64,000 nt of DNA from Macrostomum hystrix (taxonomy: Eukaryota; Animalia; Platyhelminthes): assembly GCA_950097015.1 (NCBI GenBank), contig CATNEN010000024.1, positions 1,736,001-1,800,000 of the forward strand, read 5' to 3'. The notes under the pieces are model-generated. The model was not told the DNA's origin, did not search any database, and saw only the letters and a list, made by a program, of their open reading frames with translations. Shown one piece after another: positions 63,160-64,000 of the stretch. Made by a program: the position numbers and the translations under genes. Within the stretch, counting starts at the first letter, position 1, and each line of letters starts with the position of its first letter.

Positions 63160-64000
63160 GGAGCAGAAGGCAGTAGGGGAAAAGGGGATGAGAAGGCAGT
63201 GGGAGAATAGGGGATGAGAGCAGCAGTGGGAGAATAGGGGATGAGAGCCGCAGTGGGAGAATTGGTGATTAGAAGCAGTGGGAGAATAGGGGATGAGAAG
63301 GCAGTGGGAGAATAGGGATGAGAAGGCAGTGGGAGAATAGGGTATTAGAAGCAGTGGGAGAATAGGGGATGAGAAGGTAGTGGGAGAATAGGGATGAGAA
63401 GGCAGTGGGAGAATAGGGATGAGAAGGTAGTGGGAGAATAGGGGATGAGAAGGCAGTGGGAGAACATGGGATTAGAAGGCAATGGGACAATAGGGGATGA
63501 GAAGGTAGTGGGAGAATAGGGGATGAGAAGGTAGTGGGAGAATAGGGGATGAGAAGGCAGTGGGAGAATAGGGATGAGAAGGTAGTGGGAGAATAGGGGA
63601 TGAGAGCCGCAGTGGGAGAATTGGTGATTAGAAGCAGTGGGAGAATAGGGGATGAGAAGGTAGTGGGAGAATAGGGATGAGAAGGCAGTGGGAGAATAGG
63701 GGATTAGCCGCAGTGGGAGAATAGGGGATGAGAAGGTAGTGGGAGAATAGGGATGAGAAGGCAGTGGGAGAATAGGGATGAGATGTAGTGGGAGAATAGG
63801 GGATGAGAAGGCAGTGGGAGAATAGGGGATGAGAAGGTATTGGGAGAATAGGGATGAGAAGGCAGTGGGAGAACATGGGATTAGAAGGCAGTGGGAGAAT
63901 AGGGGATGAGAAGGTAGTGGGAGAATAGGGGATGAGAAGGTAGTGGGAGAATAGGGGATGAGAAGGTAGTGGGAGAATAGGGGATGAGAAGGCAGTGGGA
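63160..64000. repeat. ~26-bp purine-rich minisatellite running off the window end
   Basis: GAGAAGG(C/T)AGTGGGAGAATAGGGGAT. Confidence 0.95.

Overview
Eukaryotic (metazoan) genomic DNA with GT-AG introns. GC-rich coding exons encoding poly-Gln/poly-Ala tracts and introns packed with minisatellites are consistent with a free-living flatworm such as Macrostomum; this is inference, not established. I reconstructed five phase-consistent spliced genes by hand: a CLCA-family protein (+, 4338-11156, 9 exons, one +1 frameshift), a DEG/ENaC channel subunit (+, 14241-26816), a FoxJ1-like forkhead factor (-, 37227-40636), a divergent AGC-like kinase (-, 42731-45682), and the 3' part of a FERM-domain gene (-, 52967-63043, continuing past the window end). 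Also present are a candidate tiny F-box gene, a tRNA-Thr(AGT), two tRNA-derived SINE families, a truncated RTE LINE, a deleted mariner element and about 30 tandem arrays covering roughly a third of the window. The most notable observations are: the CLCA has lost both a zinc ligand (HExxR) and the autocleavage loop; the FoxJ1 paralog has a rewritten recognition helix; a dispersed 37-bp minisatellite family lies sense to its host gene in every gene-assigned intronic copy; an 18-bp array is complementary to the adjacent 5' splice site; and a 21-bp array provides in-frame tandem splice acceptors. No prokaryotic system or CRISPR array is present, and most long ORFs in the track are repeat artefacts.
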